DNA from: a virus
Lineage: Duplodnaviria > Caudoviricetes
Virus record (IMG/VR): IMGVR_UViG_3300032303_001488
Span: 1 to 53,428 of that record
DNA: 53,428 nucleotides
Direction: 5' to 3' (one strand)
How positions within the stretch are numbered: the stretch's first letter is position 1; every line of letters begins with the position of its first letter. The notes beneath the pieces are model-generated. The model saw nothing but the letters and a program-made list of their open reading frames with translations. It had not been told where the DNA came from and made no database searches. Position numbers and translations under genes: made by a program. Below, in pieces: positions 8,211-16,131 of this stretch.

Positions 8211-8550
8211 GCGGGTGATTGAGGCCGACCTCGAACCCCTGTGCAAGGCCGAGCTGGAGGGCGGGATGCGGGCTATCTGCACCCTCATGGTGTTCCGCAC
8301 ATGCACAGCTTTGGGCCGGAAAACCCAGCCCCGCATGGACGCGGTGGCTGAGAAGCGGGCGGCACAGGGCTGGATTCAAGGGGGCGTCGGCCTAGTGACG
8401 TTCGAGCAGGCGTGTGAGCATCTGGATGTAGACGCAGAGCGGGCACGTAAGCAGATAAAAATATATGCCGAGGGATTGGGGCGACCGGACATAAAGAAGG
8501 TAGCCCCCAAGGAGTCCCTCTCATGTCCGATGTCTACACCGACCAGATGA
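8197..8550 (+). CDS. Hypothetical protein
   Basis: ORF overlaps neighbours at both ends in a tight operon. Confidence 0.65.
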   Translation: MDTLERVIEADLEPLCKAELEGGMRAICTLMVFRTCTALGRKTQPRMDAVAEKRAAQGWIQGGVGLVTFEQACEHLDVDAERARKQIKIYAEGLGRPDIKKVAPKESLSCPMSTPTR

Positions 8551-8858
8551 ACCAGATGGCTCAGACGAGCCTGCCCGACAAGATCAAGATGCTGGTTCAG
8601 TGGGCACCCGCTATCGCTTTGCTCACGGCGATAACAGCGGCGAAGCCGGGGCGGGATCGGGTGGCGGCTGTTATGGCCCTGCTGCAATACGCGGCAATCC
8701 AGACGCCCGTCAAGATGGACGACCAAGTTGTCGCCATGCTGACAAAAACTCTGCTAACCGCCGAGGGGGGTGCGCTAGTAGACTATCTGCACTCACTATT
8801 CCTGGGACTAGCGGAGCAGCAACAGTATGCCGAGCGTCATCGACCTTCTTGTTCTTAG
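8523..8858 (+). CDS. Hypothetical hydrophobic protein
   Basis: AAGGAG RBS; amphipathic helices. Confidence 0.7.
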   Translation: MSDVYTDQMNQMAQTSLPDKIKMLVQWAPAIALLTAITAAKPGRDRVAAVMALLQYAAIQTPVKMDDQVVAMLTKTLLTAEGGALVDYLHSLFLGLAEQQQYAERHRPSCS

Positions 8859-9114
8859 CGGCCTGTCGCTGTTTGCGATCCTGCCGTATGCCATGTCGCA
8901 TCTGCGGAAGTCAACTCCCGCAGTAGTCCCGGTGCCCGCCGCCCCGGTGGTGGATAGTCACACTACGTGGCAGACCCACTGGACTAACACCCTTATCCAG
9001 CTACTCAATGAGCTGGACGAGAAGGAAGATGCCGAGGCCGTGTCGCTGACCCGCGACCTCATGTGGCAGATTCTCGGGGGCACCGATGACAAGCCAGCAC
9101 AGGGGAAGAAGTGA
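8827..9114 (+). CDS. Membrane-anchored hypothetical protein
   Basis: N-terminal hydrophobic segment LLVLSGLSLFAILPYAM. Confidence 0.7.
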   Translation: MPSVIDLLVLSGLSLFAILPYAMSHLRKSTPAVVPVPAAPVVDSHTTWQTHWTNTLIQLLNELDEKEDAEAVSLTRDLMWQILGGTDDKPAQGKK

Positions 9115-9575
9115 TGCCCACCCTACACCCCATCTACCGGCTCATCCTGTGTGCTGGCCTCGCCGTGGGCTACCTCGCGTACCGGCACCAAGGTGACGCC
9201 AAGCCCACCCCGGTGACGCCTACCCCGTCAGTGCCCCAGGTCGCGGAGCTTGTCGATCTGGTCAAGACAATGACCACGCAGGATAAGACTGCCCTGCGGG
9301 AAGCGCACCAGATTCTCGCCCGTAGTATCGACGCTGACCCCGCAGAGGAGCCGGTGTTCGATACGGTGCTGGCCATCCGGCAAGCCTACAGAGCGGCCCT
9401 CCTGTGCGTCTGGAAGGGCGTGCTGAACAATCCCCCCGGCAAGTACCCCGGCTTGCGAGAAGCCCTTGAGGGGGCCGTCCAGAAGCGGCTGGGCAGTGAC
9501 GACGCCGCCGTGTCCCCGCCCATCCGGCATGACGCTGTTGCCGTACTCAACGAAATAGCGGGGACGATCAAGTGA
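9111..9575 (+). CDS. Membrane-anchored protein with Pro/Thr linker
   Basis: LILCAGLAVGYLAY followed by KPTPVTPTPSVP. Confidence 0.75.
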   Translation: MMPTLHPIYRLILCAGLAVGYLAYRHQGDAKPTPVTPTPSVPQVAELVDLVKTMTTQDKTALREAHQILARSIDADPAEEPVFDTVLAIRQAYRAALLCVWKGVLNNPPGKYPGLREALEGAVQKRLGSDDAAVSPPIRHDAVAVLNEIAGTIK

Positions 9576-10591
9576 TGGATCGCCACACGGCCTTTTTCAA
9601 TGTCCCCCAAGACGCCCTCTCGGAGTACGAGAAGGGGCTGGTCGGGGCGTATGTTGATCCGGCGGCATCCCTCTCACTGGCCCACACTATTCGGGCCAAG
9701 GGCCAGAGCCATCTGGCTAGGCAGGCCATCAAGGAGTACGGGCTAGAGAACACGGGCGAGGGCAAGCTGTCTCTGCCCTACCTTGCAGCTACGACCCTTT
9801 ACCCCGGCTGTCTGCCGGGAGTTCCCCAGCTTCGCGGAGATTGCGTGAGTTTCTCAACTCGCACGACCGCACTTGTGTCCTATTGCGCGGCCCTTCTGTA
9901 CGGCGAGAACGACGAACGCTTCGTCGCCCCGGCTCTTTCGCCAATCGCCATCCAATCTAGTTGCCTGAGTACCGAAGCCTTCTACTGGTATCGGGGCTAT
10001 GACGGGGACGGATGGAGCTGCGCCGCTGCGGCAGAGGTAGCGATCACGAAGTCGGGCCTAGTGCTGCGGCAGAAGTACCCTGACATACGGCTAGACCTAA
10101 CCGAATACAACCCGCAGACCGCCGGGGAGTGGGGCAGGGTATCGCCGCCCGCCGACGTTCAGCACATGACCGGCCAGTATGTGTGCCAGAACGCTACGAC
10201 TTGCCACTCATGGGAAGAAGTCCGCGACATGCTGGCGAATGGTTACGCCGTTAGCACTTGCGGTAGCGAAGCATGGGTCAGTGAGCGCGACGATTGGGGC
10301 GTGTGCAAGAGGAGCAACAAGAGCTGGGCCCATGCCATCTCAGCCATAGCGGCAGATGACCGGCCCGAGACGCGCAAGAAGTACGGCTGCGGGCTGATCT
10401 TGCTGTGCAATTCATGGGGGCCGTACCTGACCGGGACTGACATCGTCCACGGGACTAGCCACAAGATTCCGTCCGGTGCTTTCTGGACGCGGTGGCTCGA
10501 CGCATACAACCGATACTTCGTTGCTATCGGTACTGGTGAGGGGTGGAAGGGGAAGAAGTTGCCCGATTGGGGGCTAGGAGGAATCGTCTGA
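9572..10591 (+). CDS. Papain-like (C1) cysteine peptidase
   Basis: Q..GDC (PQLRGDCVSFS), WAHAI and LCNSWG supply the Q/C/H/N catalytic residues. Confidence 0.82.
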   Translation: MMDRHTAFFNVPQDALSEYEKGLVGAYVDPAASLSLAHTIRAKGQSHLARQAIKEYGLENTGEGKLSLPYLAATTLYPGCLPGVPQLRGDCVSFSTRTTALVSYCAALLYGENDERFVAPALSPIAIQSSCLSTEAFYWYRGYDGDGWSCAAAAEVAITKSGLVLRQKYPDIRLDLTEYNPQTAGEWGRVSPPADVQHMTGQYVCQNATTCHSWEEVRDMLANGYAVSTCGSEAWVSERDDWGVCKRSNKSWAHAISAIAADDRPETRKKYGCGLILLCNSWGPYLTGTDIVHGTSHKIPSGAFWTRWLDAYNRYFVAIGTGEGWKGKKLPDWGLGGIV

Positions 10592-10785
10592 TGTTCAAGT
10601 TCTTTGTTTCCGTAGCCCTTCTGGTAGCAACATGGCAAGTCCAAATGGCAGTCGATGCGGGAGTGGCCACAGTATCCACGCGGCGGCATCGCAGAATGGC
10701 GCAGCAGCAATCCACGCAGCAGCAGAAACCCTGTCCGCCGGGGAGCAAATGCCCGACACCAGTACCACCGACACCGTCAAGGTAG
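10591..10785 (+). CDS. Small protein with signal-peptide-like N-terminus
   Basis: MFKFFVSVALLVA; GGAGG RBS; TGATG coupling to peptidase stop. Confidence 0.55.
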   Translation: MFKFFVSVALLVATWQVQMAVDAGVATVSTRRHRRMAQQQSTQQQKPCPPGSKCPTPVPPTPSR

Positions 10786-11015
10786 TTGGGCCAGACTTCC
10801 TGCTGCGGATTGCGGAACGCTTTGGCGTCCCGATTGTGCTGCTACTGCTGCTCTTGTGGTGGGCTAGGAACGACATCGTCCAGCCCCTACTCAATGCCCA
10901 CTTCGAGGTGGTCAACAAGATTGTTGACGGGCAAGGGGAACATACGTCGAGGCTTGAGGGGATAGGTCGCAAACTTGATGAGCTTATCAGTGTCACCAAA
11001 GACAACGGCAGATGA
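10749..11015 (+). CDS. Single-TM holin-like protein
   Basis: FGVPIVLLLLLLWW followed by a coiled-coil-like tail; could start at 10632. Confidence 0.55.
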   Translation: MPDTSTTDTVKVVGPDFLLRIAERFGVPIVLLLLLLWWARNDIVQPLLNAHFEVVNKIVDGQGEHTSRLEGIGRKLDELISVTKDNGR

Positions 11016-11524
11016 CGCGGCTCACAGCCGAGCAGCAGCTAGTCGCAGAGAGTGCAATCAAGTATTGCGCCCCGACCATTGCGCACTTTCTCAAGGTCAA
11101 TGCTGACCTACGCAGCACAGCAAGAAGGGTAGACCTAACAAGCACGGCCATGTATGCCGTGTGTCTAGCGGCTGCGACCTACGACGCAGAGAAGTCCAAG
11201 CCGTCTACCTATTTCAGTATCGCCATACGCCATGCCCTCATACGGGCAGTGCTGAAACAACAGAAGTTGGACGGGCGGTACATAGCGGTGGAGTCGCTGC
11301 TCGAACCCAACCACAACCAGCACCGGAGTAGGCAGGAGATGCGGGCACTCAAGGCCCTGCGAATGTTGTCGGCCTACGACAAAACCCTGCTTGAGGACAG
11401 GCTCATAGAGCAAGTCACACTCGAACAGCTAGGGCTAGAGCAACGCCTCGACCCCCGCACCGTAGCCAAGCGGGTGGTCGAGGCCGTTGAGAGACTACGT
11501 GCTGCCGAGGACAATCTCCCCTGA
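11012..11524 (+). CDS. Sigma-70-family RNA polymerase sigma factor (regions 2 and 4 only)
   Basis: AAATYDAEKSKPSTYFSIAIRHAL (region 2) and TLEQLG...RTVAKRVVEAVERLR (region 4 HTH). Confidence 0.78.
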   Translation: MTRLTAEQQLVAESAIKYCAPTIAHFLKVNADLRSTARRVDLTSTAMYAVCLAAATYDAEKSKPSTYFSIAIRHALIRAVLKQQKLDGRYIAVESLLEPNHNQHRSRQEMRALKALRMLSAYDKTLLEDRLIEQVTLEQLGLEQRLDPRTVAKRVVEAVERLRAAEDNLP

Positions 11525-12313
11525 CTTCACGCCACGGATGAAGAGCTTGTAGTTGGGTATCTTGGGATACCCCGCTTGCTCTGCCAGTATCGCCCACTTG
11601 ACCTGGGTGCGGGTGGGGAAGTGCCGTTTGGTTTCGATCTCCTTCTGGTGGAAAGTCCAGAGGGCGATCTCGTCATAGCTGGCACCGCACTGCCGCAGTG
11701 AGGACATGCAGGACACAAGCTGCCGCTCCGCTGGGTCTATCCGGTAATACTGGTGGGGCCGCTCGCCCTTCTTCTTCCAGCCAACCGGACAGCCATGGGA
11801 GTAGGGCCTGCCCTGACTCTTGCGTAGTTCGATAGCCTCTCGGGTACGCTCCCGAATGAACTCCCTCTCCAGCTCTGCCACAGCTAGGAGTATCTGCTTG
11901 AAGAACTTCCCCAGCGGTGTGCTGGTGTCGATCTGCAAGTCCATGGAGTGAAACACCACACCCCGTGCGGCGAACATTTCCATGGTGTCTATGCCGTCCT
12001 TGAGAGAGCGGAACGCCCTGTCAAGTTTGGAACAGATGACATGATCTCCCGGCTGGGCCAGAGCGTAGACCTGACGCCCATACTCCCGCTCAGTGAAAGG
12101 CTTCTTGCCAGACTGAGCCTTGTCGTAGTACCACCCGCCCCACTCCACTCCCTTGGGTGCAAGGTTCCGCGTCCAGTAGTCGTAGCATCGGTGTTCCTGC
12201 ACCTCGCGGGATAGCTCCTGCTTGGCAGTGGAATGACGCCCATACCCATAGCAGACAGGGGTGCGATCCTCGTCAGTCATCATCTTCGCCATCACAATCC
12301 TCCCTAGTGTCAT
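11495..12313 (-). CDS. Serine recombinase (resolvase/invertase family)
   Basis: YGRHSTAKQ, KLDRAFRS, AVAELEREFIRERTREA. Confidence 0.93.
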   Translation of the reverse strand: MTLGRIVMAKMMTDEDRTPVCYGYGRHSTAKQELSREVQEHRCYDYWTRNLAPKGVEWGGWYYDKAQSGKKPFTEREYGRQVYALAQPGDHVICSKLDRAFRSLKDGIDTMEMFAARGVVFHSMDLQIDTSTPLGKFFKQILLAVAELEREFIRERTREAIELRKSQGRPYSHGCPVGWKKKGERPHQYYRIDPAERQLVSCMSSLRQCGASYDEIALWTFHQKEIETKRHFPTRTQVKWAILAEQAGYPKIPNYKLFIRGVKSGEIVLGST

Positions 12314-12671
12314 TGATCCTAGAGAACACTTCGATCTCCCACTTGGGGTCTAGCAGCATGCTCATAATGGCAGTGGCCGTAGACCTCTCGACAAAGAAGT
12401 GATCCCCCTCATGCTCGTCCAAGTGAATGTCCTCAAGGGACAGCCTGACCTCATGGCACAAGATGCTGAATGGACTGTCCGGTTCGCGGTCAGTCTCATT
12501 GGCCACGGCCTGCCTACTCTCTATGGACGCAGAGATATGCAGGGGCGTAGCCCTCTGTGTGACAAGGAACTGGTGAGCCACAGCACCCGCAGTCTTGGGT
12601 AGCTTGTAGGCACAGTCCGTTTCGATTACGTCGTTGAGTATCCCGACAAGAGCCGCGTCATGCCACGCCAT
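12273..12671 (-). CDS. Hypothetical protein
   Basis: GGGAGG RBS before MAWHDAALV; overlaps neighbours. Confidence 0.65.
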   Translation of the reverse strand: MAWHDAALVGILNDVIETDCAYKLPKTAGAVAHQFLVTQRATPLHISASIESRQAVANETDREPDSPFSILCHEVRLSLEDIHLDEHEGDHFFVERSTATAIMSMLLDPKWEIEVFSRINDTREDCDGEDDD

Positions 12672-12870
12672 CTTTGTCCTCCCGTTTCTGCTCAAGGTCG
12701 AACAGGGCAGCAATCCTAGCGGGGATAACCCGGATGGTGTTGCAAGTGTCGCAGCATCGACCGTCGTTGATTGGCTGGGCATTGTGACTACGTTCGATAC
12801 TCATGGGGTGATAACAGATTGAGCATGGCATTATCTGTGTCATGCGATCTTTGAAACTACTGGCCATCAC
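12658..12870 (-). CDS. Small zinc-finger phage protein
   Basis: CSIC...HNAQPINDGRCCDTCN...VIPARI. Confidence 0.7.
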   Translation of the reverse strand: MMASSFKDRMTQIMPCSICYHPMSIERSHNAQPINDGRCCDTCNTIRVIPARIAALFDLEQKREDKDGVA

Positions 12871-13070
12871 TTGATCCCCCTTGTGTAGTGAATAGGAACA
12901 ATCTCAACCTTGTAGCAATCGTCTTGTGGGTGTGCGTATTTCCGAAACGCCTCCCGCATATTCTTAGCGCGCACTAGCATCTGGTGTGCGCCAGCCCAGT
13001 TACCCAAGCCGCCGCAGGTACCCCGCAGTCGGCTTTCTTCCAGCCAGAAGGTGATGAGGAAGTGTTTCAT
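12867..13070 (-). CDS. Hypothetical protein
   Basis: Start/stop coupling with both neighbours; GGGAGGG RBS. Confidence 0.6.
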   Translation of the reverse strand: MKHFLITFWLEESRLRGTCGGLGNWAGAHQMLVRAKNMREAFRKYAHPQDDCYKVEIVPIHYTRGIK

Positions 13071-13390
13071 TCCACCCTCCCTTCTGCCTTGGCAATAGCG
13101 GCCCTAGCAAAACAGCCGTTGCACTGGTAGGTCGGGTCATCCTTGTCGCAGAAACATTCCGGCATCCCGCCGTGACGCATAGCAGACTTCAAGGCCAGCA
13201 GCAGATCGGGTGCTGCCGCTATGAGCCTGCAATTAGCCCGATCCTCGTCAGTGGCGGCATAGTTGCCAGCATCGTCAAGCGAACAAGAGGTGCGGCAGAT
13301 TTCGCGGTAGTCAGCAGCGATCACGCCCACCACACTGTCATCGTCGGAGTCCCCTGCGATTGCCCATGGCCCCGGTGTGTGGTCACTCAC
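13067..13390 (-). CDS. HTPGPW...IAAAPDLL family phage protein
   Basis: SDHTPGPW and ANCRLIAAAPDLLLALK; GTG start after GGAGG. Confidence 0.75.
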   Translation of the reverse strand: MSDHTPGPWAIAGDSDDDSVVGVIAADYREICRTSCSLDDAGNYAATDEDRANCRLIAAAPDLLLALKSAMRHGGMPECFCDKDDPTYQCNGCFARAAIAKAEGRVE

Positions 13391-13727
13391 TGGCCACCTC
13401 CTCCTCATCCTCTTCCTCTTCGTCCTCATCCTCGTCCTCGGCCTGCTGCTCCTCCCAAGTCTCACACCAAGAGGCCACCTTGCGGTCGATCACAGGCGTG
13501 TAGTCATGCTCCTGTGGCGAGGCCCAGGTGTCGGCTTCTCCAACGTCGTAGCTGCCGAAAGGGCCATCGTCGATCAGTTCATCCAACAACTCGTCAGGGT
13601 TGTCCCGCATGTCGCAGGCCATCTGGTCGGCAGTCTCTTGGTCGGGTGCCTCGAAATTGACCTCGACGGTATAGGTGCGTTCGACATCGAACTTCACCTT
13701 GTAAACCTTCTTCTCACTCGCACTCAT
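13383..13727 (-). CDS. Very acidic hypothetical protein
   Basis: D/E-rich throughout with a poly-E/D tail. Confidence 0.7.
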   Translation of the reverse strand: MSASEKKVYKVKFDVERTYTVEVNFEAPDQETADQMACDMRDNPDELLDELIDDGPFGSYDVGEADTWASPQEHDYTPVIDRKVASWCETWEEQQAEDEDEDEEEEDEEEVASE

Positions 13728-14043
13728 CTTCGTCCTCTTCGGGGTTAGGGGTGGTGGTATCGTCCTCTTTGCCATCGTCCAGTTCATCGGCTAGGGTGTC
13801 GGGATCGTCGTACTCCGACAGGAACCACTGCACATCAACCAGCATGCAGTAGGCTTTCTTGAGGCAGTCCTCCGCAGCCTCGAACTGCTCGGGGGTACGC
13901 TCCCCGGTGGGGCCGAGTGCCATCACAATCTTCGGACTCAGTTGGCGAAACGGTGCTATCGCTGCGCGTAGATCGGAGAGGAGCTGCTCAGTCCGCAGGG
14001 TGTGGAACATCAGCCCATTGCGGGGCTTGCGGTTGGTAGCCAT
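13714..14043 (-). CDS. Hypothetical protein with acidic tail
   Basis: GGAGG RBS before MATNRK. Confidence 0.7.
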   Translation of the reverse strand: MATNRKPRNGLMFHTLRTEQLLSDLRAAIAPFRQLSPKIVMALGPTGERTPEQFEAAEDCLKKAYCMLVDVQWFLSEYDDPDTLADELDDGKEDDTTTPNPEEDEDECE

Positions 14044-14045
14044 GG

Positions 14046-14342
14046 TCAGTTGTCCTCCGGTTGGTGATGGGATTCGCGGACGAGGTCGCAGCAGTCGCAC
14101 AAGACGAGGCCGAAGGTGTTGAGGATGCGGTTCATCGCAGCCTCCAAGTGTTCGACCGCATCATCCGGCGGATCACAGGGGGCCAGCTTGGTGCCAATCG
14201 TTACCAGATTGACCACGCAGATAGCCTCCTCTCTGCTCAGTCGGACTTCCTTCACAACGTCCTGCATCTTCACGACGTTCTTGTTCACGGGGTTCTTGCT
14301 CTTCTTAGAGCGTTGTTCTTTCGGCGTTGATCTACGAACCAT
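14046..14342 (-). CDS. Hypothetical protein
   Basis: GAGG RBS before MVRRST. Confidence 0.6.
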   Translation of the reverse strand: MVRRSTPKEQRSKKSKNPVNKNVVKMQDVVKEVRLSREEAICVVNLVTIGTKLAPCDPPDDAVEHLEAAMNRILNTFGLVLCDCCDLVRESHHQPEDN

Positions 14343-14640
14343 GTTGTTCCTCTTCGTTGTTGTTGGTTTGGGCAGGCAGATAAGCCCGCCAGTTGTAAGA
14401 CAGACCACGGGCACCACACTGTGTGACCTCCCGTTTTCGCACTAGGTTCTTCACCATTTGCGAGATGAAGTTGAGACTCGTATAGCCGAGACGCTGGGCA
14501 AGCTGCCGGTAGGACGGCTGAACCCCCGTCTTGTCTATTGATCTAGCTACAAGAACAAGTAGCTGGTATTCACGGGGCGTAAGCCCCTTGGGCGGGGCGG
14601 GCATAGCTGCCCTGCCCCGCCGCCGGGGTTTAGCCTTCAT
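14332..14640 (-). CDS. LexA-type winged-helix DNA-binding domain without peptidase domain
   Basis: LTPREYQLL...TGVQPSYRQLAQRLGYTSLNFISQMVKNLVRK matches the LexA N-terminal domain. Confidence 0.78.
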   Translation of the reverse strand: MKAKPRRRGRAAMPAPPKGLTPREYQLLVLVARSIDKTGVQPSYRQLAQRLGYTSLNFISQMVKNLVRKREVTQCGARGLSYNWRAYLPAQTNNNEEEQHGS

Positions 14641-15083
14641 GCACCCGCCTTTGCAGCCGTGGCCGCATCGTTGGCCTTGGCCGTCTTGTCGGGCATCCGC
14701 TTGTGGCAGGCTTGCGACAGGGCACTCGCCGTACACTTGAGCTTCAAGCGACGGGCGATGATTCGCCACTTGATGCCAGTGGCCCGCAGTTGCAGGGCGG
14801 CGATGAGCATATCGTCCGACCATGACACCTGACGGTATCCGCGCCGCCGCTTGGGAGCCTTCTCTACCTTGGCCGTGACATGGCGGTTCGGCCTGACATC
14901 GACCACGTAGGCATGGCCACGACGGCTGGGTGCTGCTGCCTTGGGCATGCTGGCAGACAGCTCGAACCCTTGCCGCAACAGTGGAGTGATGGCGGGCAAC
15001 TCAGACACATCAACTTCTTTGAACACTACGAACTTCATTGTCAAAGCCTTTCTGCTTCGATGGGTAGGGAAACTAACTGTCAC
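14637..15083 (-). CDS. HTH-containing hypothetical protein
   Basis: LRATGIKWRIIARRL. Confidence 0.6.
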   Translation of the reverse strand: MTVSFPTHRSRKALTMKFVVFKEVDVSELPAITPLLRQGFELSASMPKAAAPSRRGHAYVVDVRPNRHVTAKVEKAPKRRRGYRQVSWSDDMLIAALQLRATGIKWRIIARRLKLKCTASALSQACHKRMPDKTAKANDAATAAKAGA

Positions 15084-16057
15084 AGGGAATCGTTCTTGAA
15101 ATCAACTGGCGGCTTGAGGAACTGCTCCCTGATGATCTTGTAGGACTCGTCCCACCATGGGGGCGAAGCCACAAGACTCAGAGAGTCGTAGCCATGGAGC
15201 CGGAGCCTGCGGAACACAATCGCATCCCACAGAGCCATGCACTCTTGAAAGTTACAGGGCTGGGCAAACACCCAGGTCGCATAGCGAACCCGCTGGGCAT
15301 GCAGCCTTGCGTAGTTATCACGCAGCATGCCGAGCCTAGTGCCGGTCAGCAGTTGGTGCGGGTACTGCGGCAGCATCTTGATTGCAGTAGTGAGCTGCGC
15401 CCAAGCCATGCAGTCAGCGTACTCGACCTCCCGGTGGCCACCCCGGCTGGTGTTGCAGTGCAGGGTAGGCAGTGCCATGGTGTCGCTGGGGTCAAGTGAG
15501 AACGCTGGATTCAAGTGGTTAGCCACAGACTCCAGCACCGCATGGGCCTCGGACGCCTTGACCTTGCGTACCAGACCAGCCTTGGCGAACTTCATTAGGT
15601 TCTTGAAGTCCACCGTATACCAAGTGCTTTTCTGGAACATCGAACAGTCCACGACACTGTTAAGCGACTGCGCACACTCCGCAAACTCCGTAACCAGATG
15701 GCCATGGAAAGAACGACGGGCATGGTAGATGCCAGCCGTTCCGCTGGTGTTCCGCTTCATGTCCAGCAGGCTCATCACCCGTAGCAGGAAGTTGACAGGC
15801 CGGTGGTAGCGGTAGTGGTGCCAGTGCAAGTCGCCGTTCAAGCCCCACAGTGTGGCGCACAGTCGTCGCAGACAACGCGGGAACCTGTCGTCATCGTCAT
15901 CGACGTAGTCATAGTGGGCCGCAGTCTGGACGAGTCCGACAATGAGATTGTCATTGAGCGGTGCGTCGATGGCCCCCTCGCCGGGAACTGCACCTAGCAG
16001 TTCCCGGCACTTGGCAGTCGAGTAGGTCTGGTCAGCTCTGACCTTCACCATGTTCAT
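15080..16057 (-). CDS. Hypothetical protein (weak resemblance to amidoligase-like proteins)
   Basis: 325 aa ORF coupled to neighbours; GDLHWH and HREVEY..C.AW only loosely match the GxHxH and TxExR motifs. Confidence 0.6.
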   Translation of the reverse strand: MNMVKVRADQTYSTAKCRELLGAVPGEGAIDAPLNDNLIVGLVQTAAHYDYVDDDDDRFPRCLRRLCATLWGLNGDLHWHHYRYHRPVNFLLRVMSLLDMKRNTSGTAGIYHARRSFHGHLVTEFAECAQSLNSVVDCSMFQKSTWYTVDFKNLMKFAKAGLVRKVKASEAHAVLESVANHLNPAFSLDPSDTMALPTLHCNTSRGGHREVEYADCMAWAQLTTAIKMLPQYPHQLLTGTRLGMLRDNYARLHAQRVRYATWVFAQPCNFQECMALWDAIVFRRLRLHGYDSLSLVASPPWWDESYKIIREQFLKPPVDFKNDSL

Positions 16058-16131
16058 TATTTTCCTCCGAAGATAAAAAAGTGGAATACAACAAGTGCGA
16101 AAATTACTGCGATGGTTGCGTCAGGATTCAT
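16057..16131 (-). CDS. 24-aa membrane micro-peptide
   Basis: MNPDATIAVIFALVVFHFFIFGGK; G-rich RBS; its start overlaps the VWA gene end and its stop abuts the next ATG. Confidence 0.5.
   Translation of the reverse strand: MNPDATIAVIFALVVFHFFIFGGK

Noticed and set aside
15080-16057. Firm amidoligase call
   Set aside because: Motif resemblance is too weak and no glutamine amidotransferase partner is seen
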